A stretch of DNA of 64,000 nucleotides from an uncultured Planctomycetales bacterium. GTDB taxonomy: Bacteria > Omnitrophota > Gorgyraeia > Zapsychrales > Fredricksoniimonadaceae. The position numbers and the translations under genes were made by a program. Below are positions 18,608-27,735 of the stretch, one piece after another (within the stretch, counting starts at the first letter, position 1; each line of letters opens with the position of its first letter). The DNA lies in NCBI GenBank assembly GCA_964572155.1, contig CAZNDZ010000003.1:266224-330223 (forward strand), read 5' to 3'. Under the pieces are notes generated by a model. That model was not told the origin of the DNA. It did no database searches and saw only the letters and a list, made by a program, of their open reading frames with translations.

Positions 18608-19036
18608 TTAATCCTTCTTTAATAGGGCGACGTGTCCACGCACTTCATCTGTGGATTTTAATGAGGCAATCTTTATGCCTTGTTGATCGAGTGCCACATC
18701 TTGGCCTGTTTGTTCCTTGATAAGCTTAGCAATGCTTTGCGTTGTGCTATGCTTTGCATCAAACTTAACCATTTTGATATTGTCGGATTGCAGCGAACTA
18801 ACTTTTCCGCCGGGTAAGTAAATCGTTCCATTATTAAAATCAACCACAAATGCAATGATCCCTGGGATTAAGAATACCAATAAACCAAGACCGTCTAAAA
18901 TAGCAACACCACTGTCGATGCGGCCATCTTTTTGACCCTTACGTTCAGGATACATCAATGTCCCGCAACCAGTTAATTGTACGGTTACTGCAGCACAAAC
19001 AAAAAGACGTAATCCATAGAGTAATTTATGATTCAT
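18608..19036 (-). CDS. hypothetical lipoprotein with internal TM segment
   Basis: 142 aa. Lipobox LTGC and a hydrophobic segment LGLLVFLIPGIIAFVV. Lies between two BON-domain genes. Confidence 0.4.
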   Translation of the reverse strand: MNHKLLYGLRLFVCAAVTVQLTGCGTLMYPERKGQKDGRIDSGVAILDGLGLLVFLIPGIIAFVVDFNNGTIYLPGGKVSSLQSDNIKMVKFDAKHSTTQSIAKLIKEQTGQDVALDQQGIKIASLKSTDEVRGHVALLKKD

Positions 19037-19044
19037 ATGTTCTC

Positions 19045-19821
19045 CTAATTCTTTGATAATGAGTCAACAACCTTCATGTTATTAACGACGCTGGTCACAC
19101 CATTGACATCATTTGCAACCTTGGTTGCCATGTCTTTGGCAGCACCTGTACCAACATCACCACTTAAGGTAACAATGCCTTCTTTTGTTTCTACACCCGT
19201 CTTAAAAGCACTGGTTGAATGGTGGCTTAAAAATGCCATCTTCACTTGTGCTGTGATGGATGCATCATCGATCTTGTCACCCATATTTTGTTGTGGTTTA
19301 TTAGACACAGCAGCAATGGTCATTTCATTTCTAACGTCTTTAATGCCTTCAACATCCTTGGCATATTCACCCGTTAAATCTTTTTGTGCTTGTGTTTCTG
19401 CTTCTCCTTTTAACGTCACAACGCCATTTTCAACAAAAACTTGAGTCTTAACAGCGCTTACATTACGGTTGAATAACAATGAACTTTTGACTTTCATGCT
19501 AAGCCAACCATCGGAATTTTGAGCTGGCATTTCGCCTTTATACACTAACTGATTATCAACACTCTTAACACCAGGCAAACTTGCAACAGTTTCTTGTGCC
19601 AAGGCCTTATGTGATTCTTCATTGACGCTTCCTGTTAAGGTTACGCGACCATCCCTTGAATAGGTGTGAATAGCATCATTCTTCAAATACGTCTTGAAAA
19701 CATATGACTTCTTAGCGGATTCTTCAATGCGGTTATCTGTCTCTGCAGCACGCACGGATACGCTTGATACAATAACAGCGGCGATGGCCGCGACAAACAC
19801 TTTGGAATAATTGACCTTCAT
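19045..19821 (-). CDS. osmY: OsmY-like periplasmic protein with three BON domains
   Basis: 258 aa. Signal peptide plus three repeats of the (V)xVxNGxVTLxGxV...A.....GV..V.N...V BON pattern. Confidence 0.75.
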   Translation of the reverse strand: MKVNYSKVFVAAIAAVIVSSVSVRAAETDNRIEESAKKSYVFKTYLKNDAIHTYSRDGRVTLTGSVNEESHKALAQETVASLPGVKSVDNQLVYKGEMPAQNSDGWLSMKVKSSLLFNRNVSAVKTQVFVENGVVTLKGEAETQAQKDLTGEYAKDVEGIKDVRNEMTIAAVSNKPQQNMGDKIDDASITAQVKMAFLSHHSTSAFKTGVETKEGIVTLSGDVGTGAAKDMATKVANDVNGVTSVVNNMKVVDSLSKN

Positions 19822-19857
19822 GGAACACTTCCCTTCACTAGTAAGACATGGATTAAA

Positions 19858-20022
19858 CTACGAATTTACTCTTCTACCGAAAATAAAAGAAACCACAGCT
19901 AAAACTAAGAACACAAAAAATAAGATCTTAGCGATATCTATAGCTGAACCGGCAATACTGGTGAATCCCAATACAGCGGCGATGATTGCGATAACAAAAA
20001 ACGAAATGGCCCAATTTAACAT
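19858..20022 (-). CDS. DUF1328/UPF0391-family small membrane protein (not in ORF track, <60 aa)
   Basis: 54 aa ([54 protein letters not shown]). Two TM helices with the GFxxIAG core of the YtjA/DUF1328 family. Strong SD AAAGGAG 7 nt upstream. Confidence 0.5.
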   Translation of the reverse strand: MLNWAISFFVIAIIAAVLGFTSIAGSAIDIAKILFFVFLVLAVVSFIFGRRVNS

Positions 20023-20036
20023 GATGTACTCCTTTC

Positions 20037-20702
20037 TTAACGTGTAATTATAGTCGTTGTTGTGGTGGTTGTACTTGAAACACGTGGCGCATAGGATGTT
20101 ATGTAACGCGCTTGTTTCTTACCATTTAATAAAACGTAATCAACCTTAACAACATCCCCTTGTTTTAAGATCAGCGTCACAGATTGTTTATTAGGGCTTT
20201 GCATAACAACAATGGTGCTTGGCTCGAACACAAAATATGCCATGGTATTTTCTTGCTGTGTGCCCATTGCATGTTTGACTGCCACAACCAAGGTTCCGGC
20301 TGCACCATCAATGGATTCAACTTCTCCAAAGGCTTGTTGAAACTCTGATTCTGGCCTTGGATCTGCTGTGATTTTTGAAACAACTTCTGCTTCCTTACCT
20401 TCTACAACATCAACAATGACATGTTGACCAGGCTGTAAATCAACAACTGATAAAAACTTCTCATCGGTTGGATTTGTCACCCGTGTTTCATGCTCAGAAA
20501 TGCGATATTCTGTAATTTCTCCAGTGCTTGGGGTTTGATCACGTTCTAATTGTAATTGCCCAAGCTTCAAATCAATCCATGTAATCTCTCCAGATACATG
20601 CTTCACATATTCCACTTCATCTGCTCGAAGCAAAAGAATAGGAAAACCAGCAATAATCATGACGGACAATAAAATAAAAAAGAATTTAGGTGATTTAATC
20701 AT
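20037..20702 (-). CDS. hypothetical secreted protein with Thr-rich C-terminal tail
   Basis: 221 aa. Signal peptide. Two internally similar halves. C-terminus [13 protein letters not shown]. Confidence 0.4.
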   Translation of the reverse strand: MIKSPKFFFILLSVMIIAGFPILLLRADEVEYVKHVSGEITWIDLKLGQLQLERDQTPSTGEITEYRISEHETRVTNPTDEKFLSVVDLQPGQHVIVDVVEGKEAEVVSKITADPRPESEFQQAFGEVESIDGAAGTLVVAVKHAMGTQQENTMAYFVFEPSTIVVMQSPNKQSVTLILKQGDVVKVDYVLLNGKKQARYITSYAPRVSSTTTTTTTIITR

Positions 20703-20835
20703 TATGATTCACCGTCTTCTGAACGCTATGTCCTGCGTTTTCTATATCTTTTCCCGCACCTCTAAACATATTGCATCCGACCAACATTGTTGAAAAAAAT
20801 ACGACGGTAAGTAATAGTAAAAAATTTGTTCTCAT
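20695..20835 (-). CDS. ecnB: entericidin A/B-family small lipoprotein (not in ORF track, <60 aa)
   Basis: 46 aa ([46 protein letters not shown]). Lipobox LVGC followed by the NxxRGxGKDIexaG core typical of entericidins. Confidence 0.55.
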   Translation of the reverse strand: MRTNFLLLLTVVFFSTMLVGCNMFRGAGKDIENAGHSVQKTVNHND

Positions 20836-20846
20836 GTACTACTCCT

Positions 20847-21257
20847 TTATTTAGCAAATGACTGATTGATCAAACTAACCAAATCTAGGTCATTTACAGG
20901 TTTTGAAAAAAATCCAACAGCCCCAATCTTTAACGCCTTATCTTTTAACCCGCCATTTTTCTCTGCGGAGATAATGATGACAGGTCGTTTTGAGCCGGAT
21001 GCTGTAAGACGTTGTAACGTTGACCATCCATCCAAACCAGGCATATGGATGTCTAAAATCAAACAACCTTCTGTGCTGTTTGAAACTTCCTTGAAAAATT
21101 CTTCAGCGCTATTAAATGTGATGACATCAAACGTGTAACTGAGTAAAAGCATTTTAAGAGCGCGACAAACGGATGGGTCGTCATCTACGATAAAAATTTG
21201 TTTCTTTCCTAATGACATGATGTCTAGCTCCTTGATCTCATTTAAAATTGCTTGCAT
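20847..21257 (-). CDS. stand-alone response-regulator receiver protein
   Basis: 136 aa REC domain only (DDD..., K near the C-terminus). Confidence 0.8.
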   Translation of the reverse strand: MQAILNEIKELDIMSLGKKQIFIVDDDPSVCRALKMLLLSYTFDVITFNSAEEFFKEVSNSTEGCLILDIHMPGLDGWSTLQRLTASGSKRPVIIISAEKNGGLKDKALKIGAVGFFSKPVNDLDLVSLINQSFAK

Positions 21258-21288
21258 AAAAGCATTCTAAAGTAATATCAGAAGGACG

Positions 21289-21310
21289 CTATTGTACTGA
21301 GGTATAACAG
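21289..21310 (-). promoter_or_regulatory. conserved intergenic motif copy 1 (coding-strand TTATACCTCAGTACAATAG) upstream of stand-alone REC gene
   Basis: Consensus TATACCYCAGTACAATWG shared with sites at 26319-26343 and 30626-30651. Lies in the 63-nt gap between the FixJ-like RR stop and the REC start. Confidence 0.45.
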
Positions 21311-21320
21311 AGGTATTTAC

Positions 21321-21938
21321 TTAAACGACTACGCCTGCAGTTTTTGCAAAATCAATGAGTTCTGTGACGGTCTTTGCTTGCATTTTTTGCATGACACGTC
21401 CACGATGAACCTTGATGGTTTGTAATGCGGTTCCCCTTTTTGAGGCGATTTGTTTATTCATCAGGCCTTGAGCAACAAAATGAAAAACCTCTAACTCTTT
21501 TGGAGACAATGTTTTAATGCGACGTTTAATCTTTTCAACAGCCACATTATTCTTGTTTTGAATCTTAATCTTGGAAAGGGCAATGGTGATGGCGTTAAGC
21601 AATTCTTTATCTGTGAATGGTTTTGCCAAAAAGTCGATCGCTCCTGCCTTCATGGCCTTAACGCTCATATGAATATTCCCGTACCCTGTGATAAAAACGA
21701 TCGGCGTGATAATCCCTTGTTTTGCCATAATATCCTGCAGGGCAAAACCATTGATGGTAGGTAACAAAACATCTAAGACTAAACATGATGCTACTTTCGG
21801 ATATTTAAACGCTAAGAAATCTTTGGCTTCGGTAAATGTTTCTACGCGAAATCCATGGGATTTCAACAGCAGTGACAATGACTTACAAATAGATGTGTCA
21901 TCATCAACGACATATATCATTGATCCGCTATTGGTCAT
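21321..21938 (-). CDS. FixJ/NarL-family response regulator (REC + LuxR HTH)
   Basis: 205 aa. Receiver domain plus C-terminal LSPKELEV...A.G..NK.IA LuxR-type HTH. Confidence 0.9.
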   Translation of the reverse strand: MTNSGSMIYVVDDDTSICKSLSLLLKSHGFRVETFTEAKDFLAFKYPKVASCLVLDVLLPTINGFALQDIMAKQGIITPIVFITGYGNIHMSVKAMKAGAIDFLAKPFTDKELLNAITIALSKIKIQNKNNVAVEKIKRRIKTLSPKELEVFHFVAQGLMNKQIASKRGTALQTIKVHRGRVMQKMQAKTVTELIDFAKTAGVVV

Positions 21939-23008
21939 ATGCCCTCTTTGCCATTAATGGGTATGGAAAAACTAAACGTTACCCCTCGGTCTGGATTATT
22001 GGTCACGTTCATGTGCCCACCATGTCCCTCAACAATGGAGCGACTTATCGAGAGCCCCATGCCTAGTCCGTCGGGTTTGCTGGTAAAGAAATTCATAAAA
22101 AGCTTCTTCATATTTTCCTCTGGTATCCCACAACCAGCATCTTTGACATCAACTAAGATCATATCTTTGTCTTTGATAGATGTACGAATCACCATGTCAC
22201 GCGCCTCTTTACTGCCCTCCATGGCATCAAAACTATTGCTAATCAAATTCAATAACACCTGCTGCAGTTGAATGCGGTCTCCGTAAATTAACGGCAAAGT
22301 ATTATCTAATTCAAGTTTCAGCGTATTGTTGCGCACCGTAACATCTGTTGTAATCAAAATGGCTGTCTCTTTAATGAGCGCATTCATGTCCAAATGCTTC
22401 ATCTCAGGTTCGATCTTCTTTAATAATGCACGTAGACGCCGAATAACTTCTGCTGCGCGCTGGTCATCATTGATGATGTATTGAAAAATTTCATTTAATT
22501 GCGGGTCTTTATCTGGGAACATGCGTTGCGCAGCTTGTGCATACGCCAGAATGGCTGTTAATGGTTGACTAATCTCATGGGCAAGCGAAGAAACAAACTC
22601 AGCAAGTTTTCCGACGCGCGTCACATGCAACAATTCTTCCCGCTGTTCTTTAATCTCTAAATCGCGCTGACGCATTAATGTAATGTCAGTTTGTATGCCC
22701 ATAAAATGGGTGACAAGACCCTTTGTATCCCGCACTGGGGCAATGCGCAACAAATTCCAATATTTCATCCCATCTTTTTGGAAATTAAGCATCTCGCCAT
22801 GAAAGGGTTTGCCTTGCGTGATGGTATCTTTGATCTCAGCGACAACTCGCTGGTCCGCACCATCCCCATACAATAGAAAATAATTACGACCTAAAATCTC
22901 ATGCTTTACATAACCACTCATGGTCTGAAAAGCTTGATTAACGTAGGTCACAGGAAAATCAGGTTTTAATGCGTCAATGATGAAAATGCCGTCGGCGGTT
23001 GCTTCCAT
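21935..23008 (-). CDS. PAS-domain sensor histidine kinase (FixL-like architecture, HisKA + HATPase_c)
   Basis: 357 aa. Cytoplasmic PAS (LOV-like but lacks Cys/His ligands), H-box SLAHEISQPL, N/G boxes. Overlaps the RR gene by 4 nt. Confidence 0.85.
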   Translation of the reverse strand: MEATADGIFIIDALKPDFPVTYVNQAFQTMSGYVKHEILGRNYFLLYGDGADQRVVAEIKDTITQGKPFHGEMLNFQKDGMKYWNLLRIAPVRDTKGLVTHFMGIQTDITLMRQRDLEIKEQREELLHVTRVGKLAEFVSSLAHEISQPLTAILAYAQAAQRMFPDKDPQLNEIFQYIINDDQRAAEVIRRLRALLKKIEPEMKHLDMNALIKETAILITTDVTVRNNTLKLELDNTLPLIYGDRIQLQQVLLNLISNSFDAMEGSKEARDMVIRTSIKDKDMILVDVKDAGCGIPEENMKKLFMNFFTSKPDGLGMGLSISRSIVEGHGGHMNVTNNPDRGVTFSFSIPINGKEGI

Positions 23009-23232
23009 GGCCTTGGCTCGGATATGTAACTGCGCTTCCTGCAGTTTAACTTTTTTACCTAAGTTACTTCGGGTCTTAAAAATAAGCTTCCTTAAAAAGG
23101 ACTACTGTTGATTCCTGCTTGAATAGTACTCTTGTGAGCGATTTCAGTCAACTGATTGTATTCATTGAGGTATTCTAAGATAAATCAACAAAGACACAAT
23201 TATACCTAGGTACAATCTAATGTAATGTTGTA

Positions 23233-24117
23233 TTATTCGATTAACAGCGGATAGGATTCGGGCTTGGCAGTAACGCGCATCGTATAAATACTTGTCCAAT
23301 GATCATCCCAACGGTTAAAGTCCAAACCAACTTTTTGCCTTGGTTTAGATTTATCGTCAATGGTCATATTATGAACCTGCACATCTGCGGCATGACTAAC
23401 ACCTTCTTTGGTGATATATTGCGCGGGCGGCATATTCACCACTTTTTCTGAATATGGAAAATATTTTTTAACGGGTTGATCGGCTTTAAACTGCACCATC
23501 ATATTGAGCATAAACTGCGAACGCGCTTTTCCCTCAATGGGAATACCGGCAAAGGGCATGTTGCGGTTAACGGTGCTTACCCCATCAGCCCCCATTTCAA
23601 GCGAGATCGGCCATTGCCATGGTTCTGACTTAAATTGCCATGCCCATTGGCTGCCATCTTTTGCGTTTGGTGCCTTTGCATAAATCCATTCTTTAAGTTC
23701 GATCAGACCACGATCATCTTGTTCTTGGGTATAAACAAAATTTTCTGTCCGACCAAAACAAAACAATGCATCCATCCCATGAATTTGTTTAACCTGATAT
23801 TCATAAGGCGCTCCACTATTTTGCAATGTCATCACAAAGGCATACCCATCTTGGGATTTCTTTAATCGAAAATGCTTCTCGATCGTTGACGCTTTGATGT
23901 TAAACGTGATTGCCACATCTTCTCCAGACGACTGCAGAAATATAGCACTATTTTCGTTATACACAATTTTGGCAGGTTCTTTGGGGAGCCTACCCGTTAA
24001 TAACTGACGTTGCTCAATGCGTTTAATCATGTCTTTTAACTCGGGTGGCTCAACAACCATATCTGCATAGACATTCCATGACAATAACATTAATGCCATC
24101 AAAATATAAAACCTCAT
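23233..24117 (-). CDS. hypothetical secreted protein
   Basis: 294 aa with N-terminal signal peptide. No recognised motif. Overlaps the downstream TPR membrane protein gene by 4 nt. Confidence 0.4.
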   Translation of the reverse strand: MRFYILMALMLLSWNVYADMVVEPPELKDMIKRIEQRQLLTGRLPKEPAKIVYNENSAIFLQSSGEDVAITFNIKASTIEKHFRLKKSQDGYAFVMTLQNSGAPYEYQVKQIHGMDALFCFGRTENFVYTQEQDDRGLIELKEWIYAKAPNAKDGSQWAWQFKSEPWQWPISLEMGADGVSTVNRNMPFAGIPIEGKARSQFMLNMMVQFKADQPVKKYFPYSEKVVNMPPAQYITKEGVSHAADVQVHNMTIDDKSKPRQKVGLDFNRWDDHWTSIYTMRVTAKPESYPLLIE

Positions 24118-25955
24118 GACCCACCCCTCATTTTTAACATCGCCTTTAACTCAACATCCTTAAATCCAAACTGCCTCGCTATAGCTGCTAAATCATTGAG
24201 CAACTTTTGGTCTCGTGTCCGATTAACTAATGTTAAAGCCATGTCATGAGCATCAGACTTCCGCCCTGTCTGAATACACAATAATATATAAACAAATTTT
24301 CCTCGAAGATCATCTGGAAAAATTGCCATGGTATCCCGCGATAGTGCTATCGCTTGGTTGAACTTACTTTGTAAAATATATGTTTTAATCAAAAGGCTTC
24401 GCGTCGGTAATTGGTATTGGTTTAATTGAAAAGCTTTTTGCAAATACACCTCGGCTTGATGATATTGCTTGATGGGTATTTGCATGCTAGCAAGATTCGT
24501 ATAAACCAACGCCGCATTCGGGTTTTCTTTTAAGGCTTCCATGAAATATTTTTGTGCTTTTGCTTCATGTCCTTGTTTTAATTCTAATAATCCTAAATTG
24601 TTGAGCGTCGCCCAATCATGGCCATAACTTTCATACAGCCGCTTTGATTGTTCATATTTACCCTCACGTGCATACGTATCTGCTAGAACAAACTTAGCAA
24701 ATGGCGCATCAGGCGCATGACTTAACCAGTACTCACAATAAGCTTTTTCATTCGACCATAGCTGATTGTAGCTATGACTCACCACCATATATGCAGCAAC
24801 CAAGCATGTCACAGCGATCAAAACATGACGTTTAAAGACGTTGGTCAGCATGGACGCAATACAAAAGAAGAAACCAATCGATGCAAAAAACATCCAATGC
24901 GGCTCAAACATCATGCCATATTTAGGTTTCAGCAAACAGGCAAATGCTACAGGCACAAAGCCAAATCCAAACCAAAGCAACCCTCCCAAAATACGTTTAT
25001 CTTTATCATAAAAATATTTTATTAAGAAGATCCCCGCGGTCACCCATGCCAGCACAATGACTGCTTGCGTTCCAATGGCGGCATTATCAGGACGCATGAC
25101 CCACGTGAGCACAATGCCCTTTAAAAAGACTAGTTTTGACACATACCATGCCAAAATGTGCATAAGCGACGACACATAATCCAACACCGTAAAGTCAAAT
25201 TTGGCATACTTATCGATGATACCAACTTTTAAGCTTGAGAAAAATACACGAAACACCCCATACGCTAAGAGCATGGCAAAAAATGGAGCCAGTTTTTGGT
25301 ACGTGACTTTAATGTTCTTGAATCTATACGCTTGCAGGAGCATTAAATAAAACGGCATGACCATGGCGGTCTCATGACACAACAACGACGCCACAAAGCA
25401 TGCTAAGCTTATGTAACTCTTGCCTTTCCAAAAGAATATCGCGCACAATAACATCAAGATTAATTGGATAGAAAATACCTGAGCCGTGATGTAATTGACC
25501 ATGAGCCCGTTGATTGGGTGCACCAAAAACAAGACACTGGTGATAAACGCAATCAGCGCTTCATTTGTGATAAGCACAATGAATTGATATAGCGTGAAAC
25601 ATACACCAATAAATAACAACAGATTGAAAACATGATGGGCAAAAACATTATCTTTAAATGCCATGTACGCGAACGCCGGCGTAATATACGCCAATGGACG
25701 ATAATATGTCGCGTCTGTCGATACTTTATCCATCCCCAATGTTTTTCTCATATCAGGGATAAAATAATTTAATACCTTTTTTGGCGTGGACATTTTCATG
25801 TCACTAAAGAAAAACGTGCGGTCATCCATCAAGAAGGGATTATGCAGGGCATTGCTAAAATTCAATATACCAATCACACATAAAAGCACAGCCACCAACC
25901 AACGATTGTTCAAGGAGTGCATTGTGCTTTTATGTAAATTCTGAAGGCTTAACAT
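24114..25955 (-). CDS. polytopic membrane protein with C-terminal TPR repeats (PMT/TMTC-like glycosyltransferase fold candidate)
   Basis: 613 aa. About 11 TM helices followed by 4-5 TPR-like repeats (W-LG.....G....A...Y..AL...P). Confidence 0.55.
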   Translation of the reverse strand: MLSLQNLHKSTMHSLNNRWLVAVLLCVIGILNFSNALHNPFLMDDRTFFFSDMKMSTPKKVLNYFIPDMRKTLGMDKVSTDATYYRPLAYITPAFAYMAFKDNVFAHHVFNLLLFIGVCFTLYQFIVLITNEALIAFITSVLFLVHPINGLMVNYITAQVFSIQLILMLLCAIFFWKGKSYISLACFVASLLCHETAMVMPFYLMLLQAYRFKNIKVTYQKLAPFFAMLLAYGVFRVFFSSLKVGIIDKYAKFDFTVLDYVSSLMHILAWYVSKLVFLKGIVLTWVMRPDNAAIGTQAVIVLAWVTAGIFLIKYFYDKDKRILGGLLWFGFGFVPVAFACLLKPKYGMMFEPHWMFFASIGFFFCIASMLTNVFKRHVLIAVTCLVAAYMVVSHSYNQLWSNEKAYCEYWLSHAPDAPFAKFVLADTYAREGKYEQSKRLYESYGHDWATLNNLGLLELKQGHEAKAQKYFMEALKENPNAALVYTNLASMQIPIKQYHQAEVYLQKAFQLNQYQLPTRSLLIKTYILQSKFNQAIALSRDTMAIFPDDLRGKFVYILLCIQTGRKSDAHDMALTLVNRTRDQKLLNDLAAIARQFGFKDVELKAMLKMRGGS

Positions 25956-26033
25956 ACGCTATTTATTATCAGCGCATTATATAAAATATAAAGCGTTATT
26001 GCTTCTTTTCATAAAACAGTCATGTATTTTTTT

Positions 26034-26234
26034 CTATTCAACAGTGCGACGGATTGATGATGCCACATCACGACCTGCGGCTTTTACATCATCACCAACA
26101 TTCTGGACACTGGTTTTTAAATCACTGCTTGAATTGCGAAACATTGGCCGTCCACCAGACACAGCCCAAACCAATAAAACAACCACCAACAATATAAAAA
26201 CACTCATTGGCACAACTCCAAAGTTTTTATTCAT
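26034..26234 (-). CDS. small single-pass membrane protein (stress-protein-like)
   Basis: The likely start is ATG at 26232-26234 (MNKNFGVVPMSVFILLVVVLLVW...), preceded by a perfect AAGGAG SD. The track ORF uses an upstream TTG. One TM helix then a charged Gly/Asp/Lys-rich tail. Confidence 0.4.
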   Translation of the reverse strand: MNKNFGVVPMSVFILLVVVLLVWAVSGGRPMFRNSSSDLKTSVQNVGDDVKAAGRDVASSIRRTVE

Positions 26235-26318
26235 TTTGCTCTCCTTTGACAAATCTGACGTGCATCAGACATGCGTGTTAACGACATAGAGGCATTCTAT
26301 TGATTATGGGATTTGAAT

Positions 26319-26343
26319 CAATTGTACTGGGGTATAACAACAG
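26319..26343 (-). promoter_or_regulatory. conserved intergenic motif copy 2 (coding-strand TTATACCCCAGTACAATTG)
   Basis: 18/19 identical to copy 1. About 85 nt upstream of the small membrane protein gene (26034-26234) and 7 nt after the dbpA stop. Confidence 0.45.
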
Positions 26344-26349
26344 CGGGGC

Positions 26350-27735
26350 TTATGCAGCTTTTCCGACTTTAAACTTTTTGCCTTTGATTTTGCTCTTGCC
26401 TAAATGTTCAATGGCATGATCTCTTTTATCGTTGCTGATTGCAACATAACTATTCACTTCAAGGATATGTATCTTGCCAATCTCATCTACTTTAAGGCCT
26501 GCATCTTTGGTCAACGCACCAACAATATCTCCCGGACGTAAATTATCTTTTCTACCGCCACTTAAGTATATCGTCGACATGAATGGGCGCATGACAACGG
26601 GTTTTAGTTTGTCTAATGCATTTAATTCCATCACCGGGCATTCACACTTTAAATATTCCGCAATGGTTCTTAAAATATGACGTTCTTTATGAGTAAACAG
26701 GCTTAAGGCCAACCCTTCTTGACCGGCGCGACCCGTACGTCCAATTCGATGCACATAGAGCTCATGGTCTGAGGGTAAATCATAGTTGATGATGACGCTC
26801 ACATCTTTGACATCAAGCCCACGCGATGCCAAATCTGTGGCAACGAGGATGCGGCAGCTTTTATTATCAAACTTAATTAAAATCATGGTGCGATCTGGCT
26901 GTTCCAAATCTGAATGGATTTGCAGAGAATCAATTTTCTTGGTGCGCAACAATCCCGCCACTTTATTGCAACCTTCACGGCTATTACAAAAAATAATGCA
27001 AGAATCTGGACGATAATGACTCAACAGGCGCAACAAGGCTTCATTTTTATCTTCTTCCACTTTGAAAAACAACTGCTTGATCGTGGTTGTTTGATGTTGC
27101 GAATCAATGGTGACTTGAGCCGCGTCTTCTTGCAAGCTAGCACTTAATGTCTTAATGCCATTTGGAAACGTCGCCGAGAATAACATGGTTTGACGGTCAA
27201 CAGGTGTAAATGAGGCAATGTGATTGATTTCTTTAATCGTGCCCATCTCAAGCAAACGATCCGCTTCATCTAACACCAACACTTTAAGCTCCACACAATT
27301 TAAGATTCCCGTTTCAAGTAATTTGGTGATGCGCCCAGGGGTGCCAACCACAACATGCGCCCCTTGTTTTAAGGATTTTACTTTGTGATGTTCATCCGCC
27401 CCGCCTGAAATGGTTAAAACTTTGATATTACTTGCAAAACGCGCAAGGCGTCTGATCTCATTGGCCACTTGTTCGGCTAATTCTCTCGTCGGAACCAAAA
27501 CCAATGCTTGAGGCATCTGGCTTTTTAAATCAAGCTTGGTTAATATCCCCAAAGCAAAAGCCGCTGTCTTACCACTGCCGGTATTCGCCTGCCCAATAAA
27601 ATCACGCTTGCTTAAAATAAATGGCAGACCTTTTTCCTGAATCGGCGTCATGGTTAAATAACCCAATGACTTTAAATTATCTAAAATGGGTTGGCTTAAA
27701 CCAACACTCTTAAAATCTTTGGATGCGTCAACCAC
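26350..27735 (-). CDS. dbpA: DEAD-box ATP-dependent RNA helicase with C-terminal RNA-binding (DbpA-type) domain
   Basis: 461 aa. Q-motif, Walker A AQTGSGKT, DEAD, SAT, HRIGRTGRAG, plus a C-terminal about 70-aa DbpA-like RBD. Confidence 0.8.
   Translation of the reverse strand: MVDASKDFKSVGLSQPILDNLKSLGYLTMTPIQEKGLPFILSKRDFIGQANTGSGKTAAFALGILTKLDLKSQMPQALVLVPTRELAEQVANEIRRLARFASNIKVLTISGGADEHHKVKSLKQGAHVVVGTPGRITKLLETGILNCVELKVLVLDEADRLLEMGTIKEINHIASFTPVDRQTMLFSATFPNGIKTLSASLQEDAAQVTIDSQHQTTTIKQLFFKVEEDKNEALLRLLSHYRPDSCIIFCNSREGCNKVAGLLRTKKIDSLQIHSDLEQPDRTMILIKFDNKSCRILVATDLASRGLDVKDVSVIINYDLPSDHELYVHRIGRTGRAGQEGLALSLFTHKERHILRTIAEYLKCECPVMELNALDKLKPVVMRPFMSTIYLSGGRKDNLRPGDIVGALTKDAGLKVDEIGKIHILEVNSYVAISNDKRDHAIEHLGKSKIKGKKFKVGKAA

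Noticed and set aside
20040-20063. Thr7 homopolymeric tail considered as a slipped-strand (phase-variable) repeat
   Set aside because: The DNA uses mixed codons (aca acc acc aca aca acg act) rather than a pure trinucleotide tract, so it is not a slippage-prone SSR.
21258-21320. Interpreting the conserved 18-nt motif as a sigma70 promoter with TACAAT as the -10 element
   Set aside because: With a 17-nt spacer, the implied -35 positions (TAAATA, ACCATC, etc.) are not conserved or TTGACA-like. The conserved bases fall in the spacer, so a simple sigma70 model does not explain the conservation.
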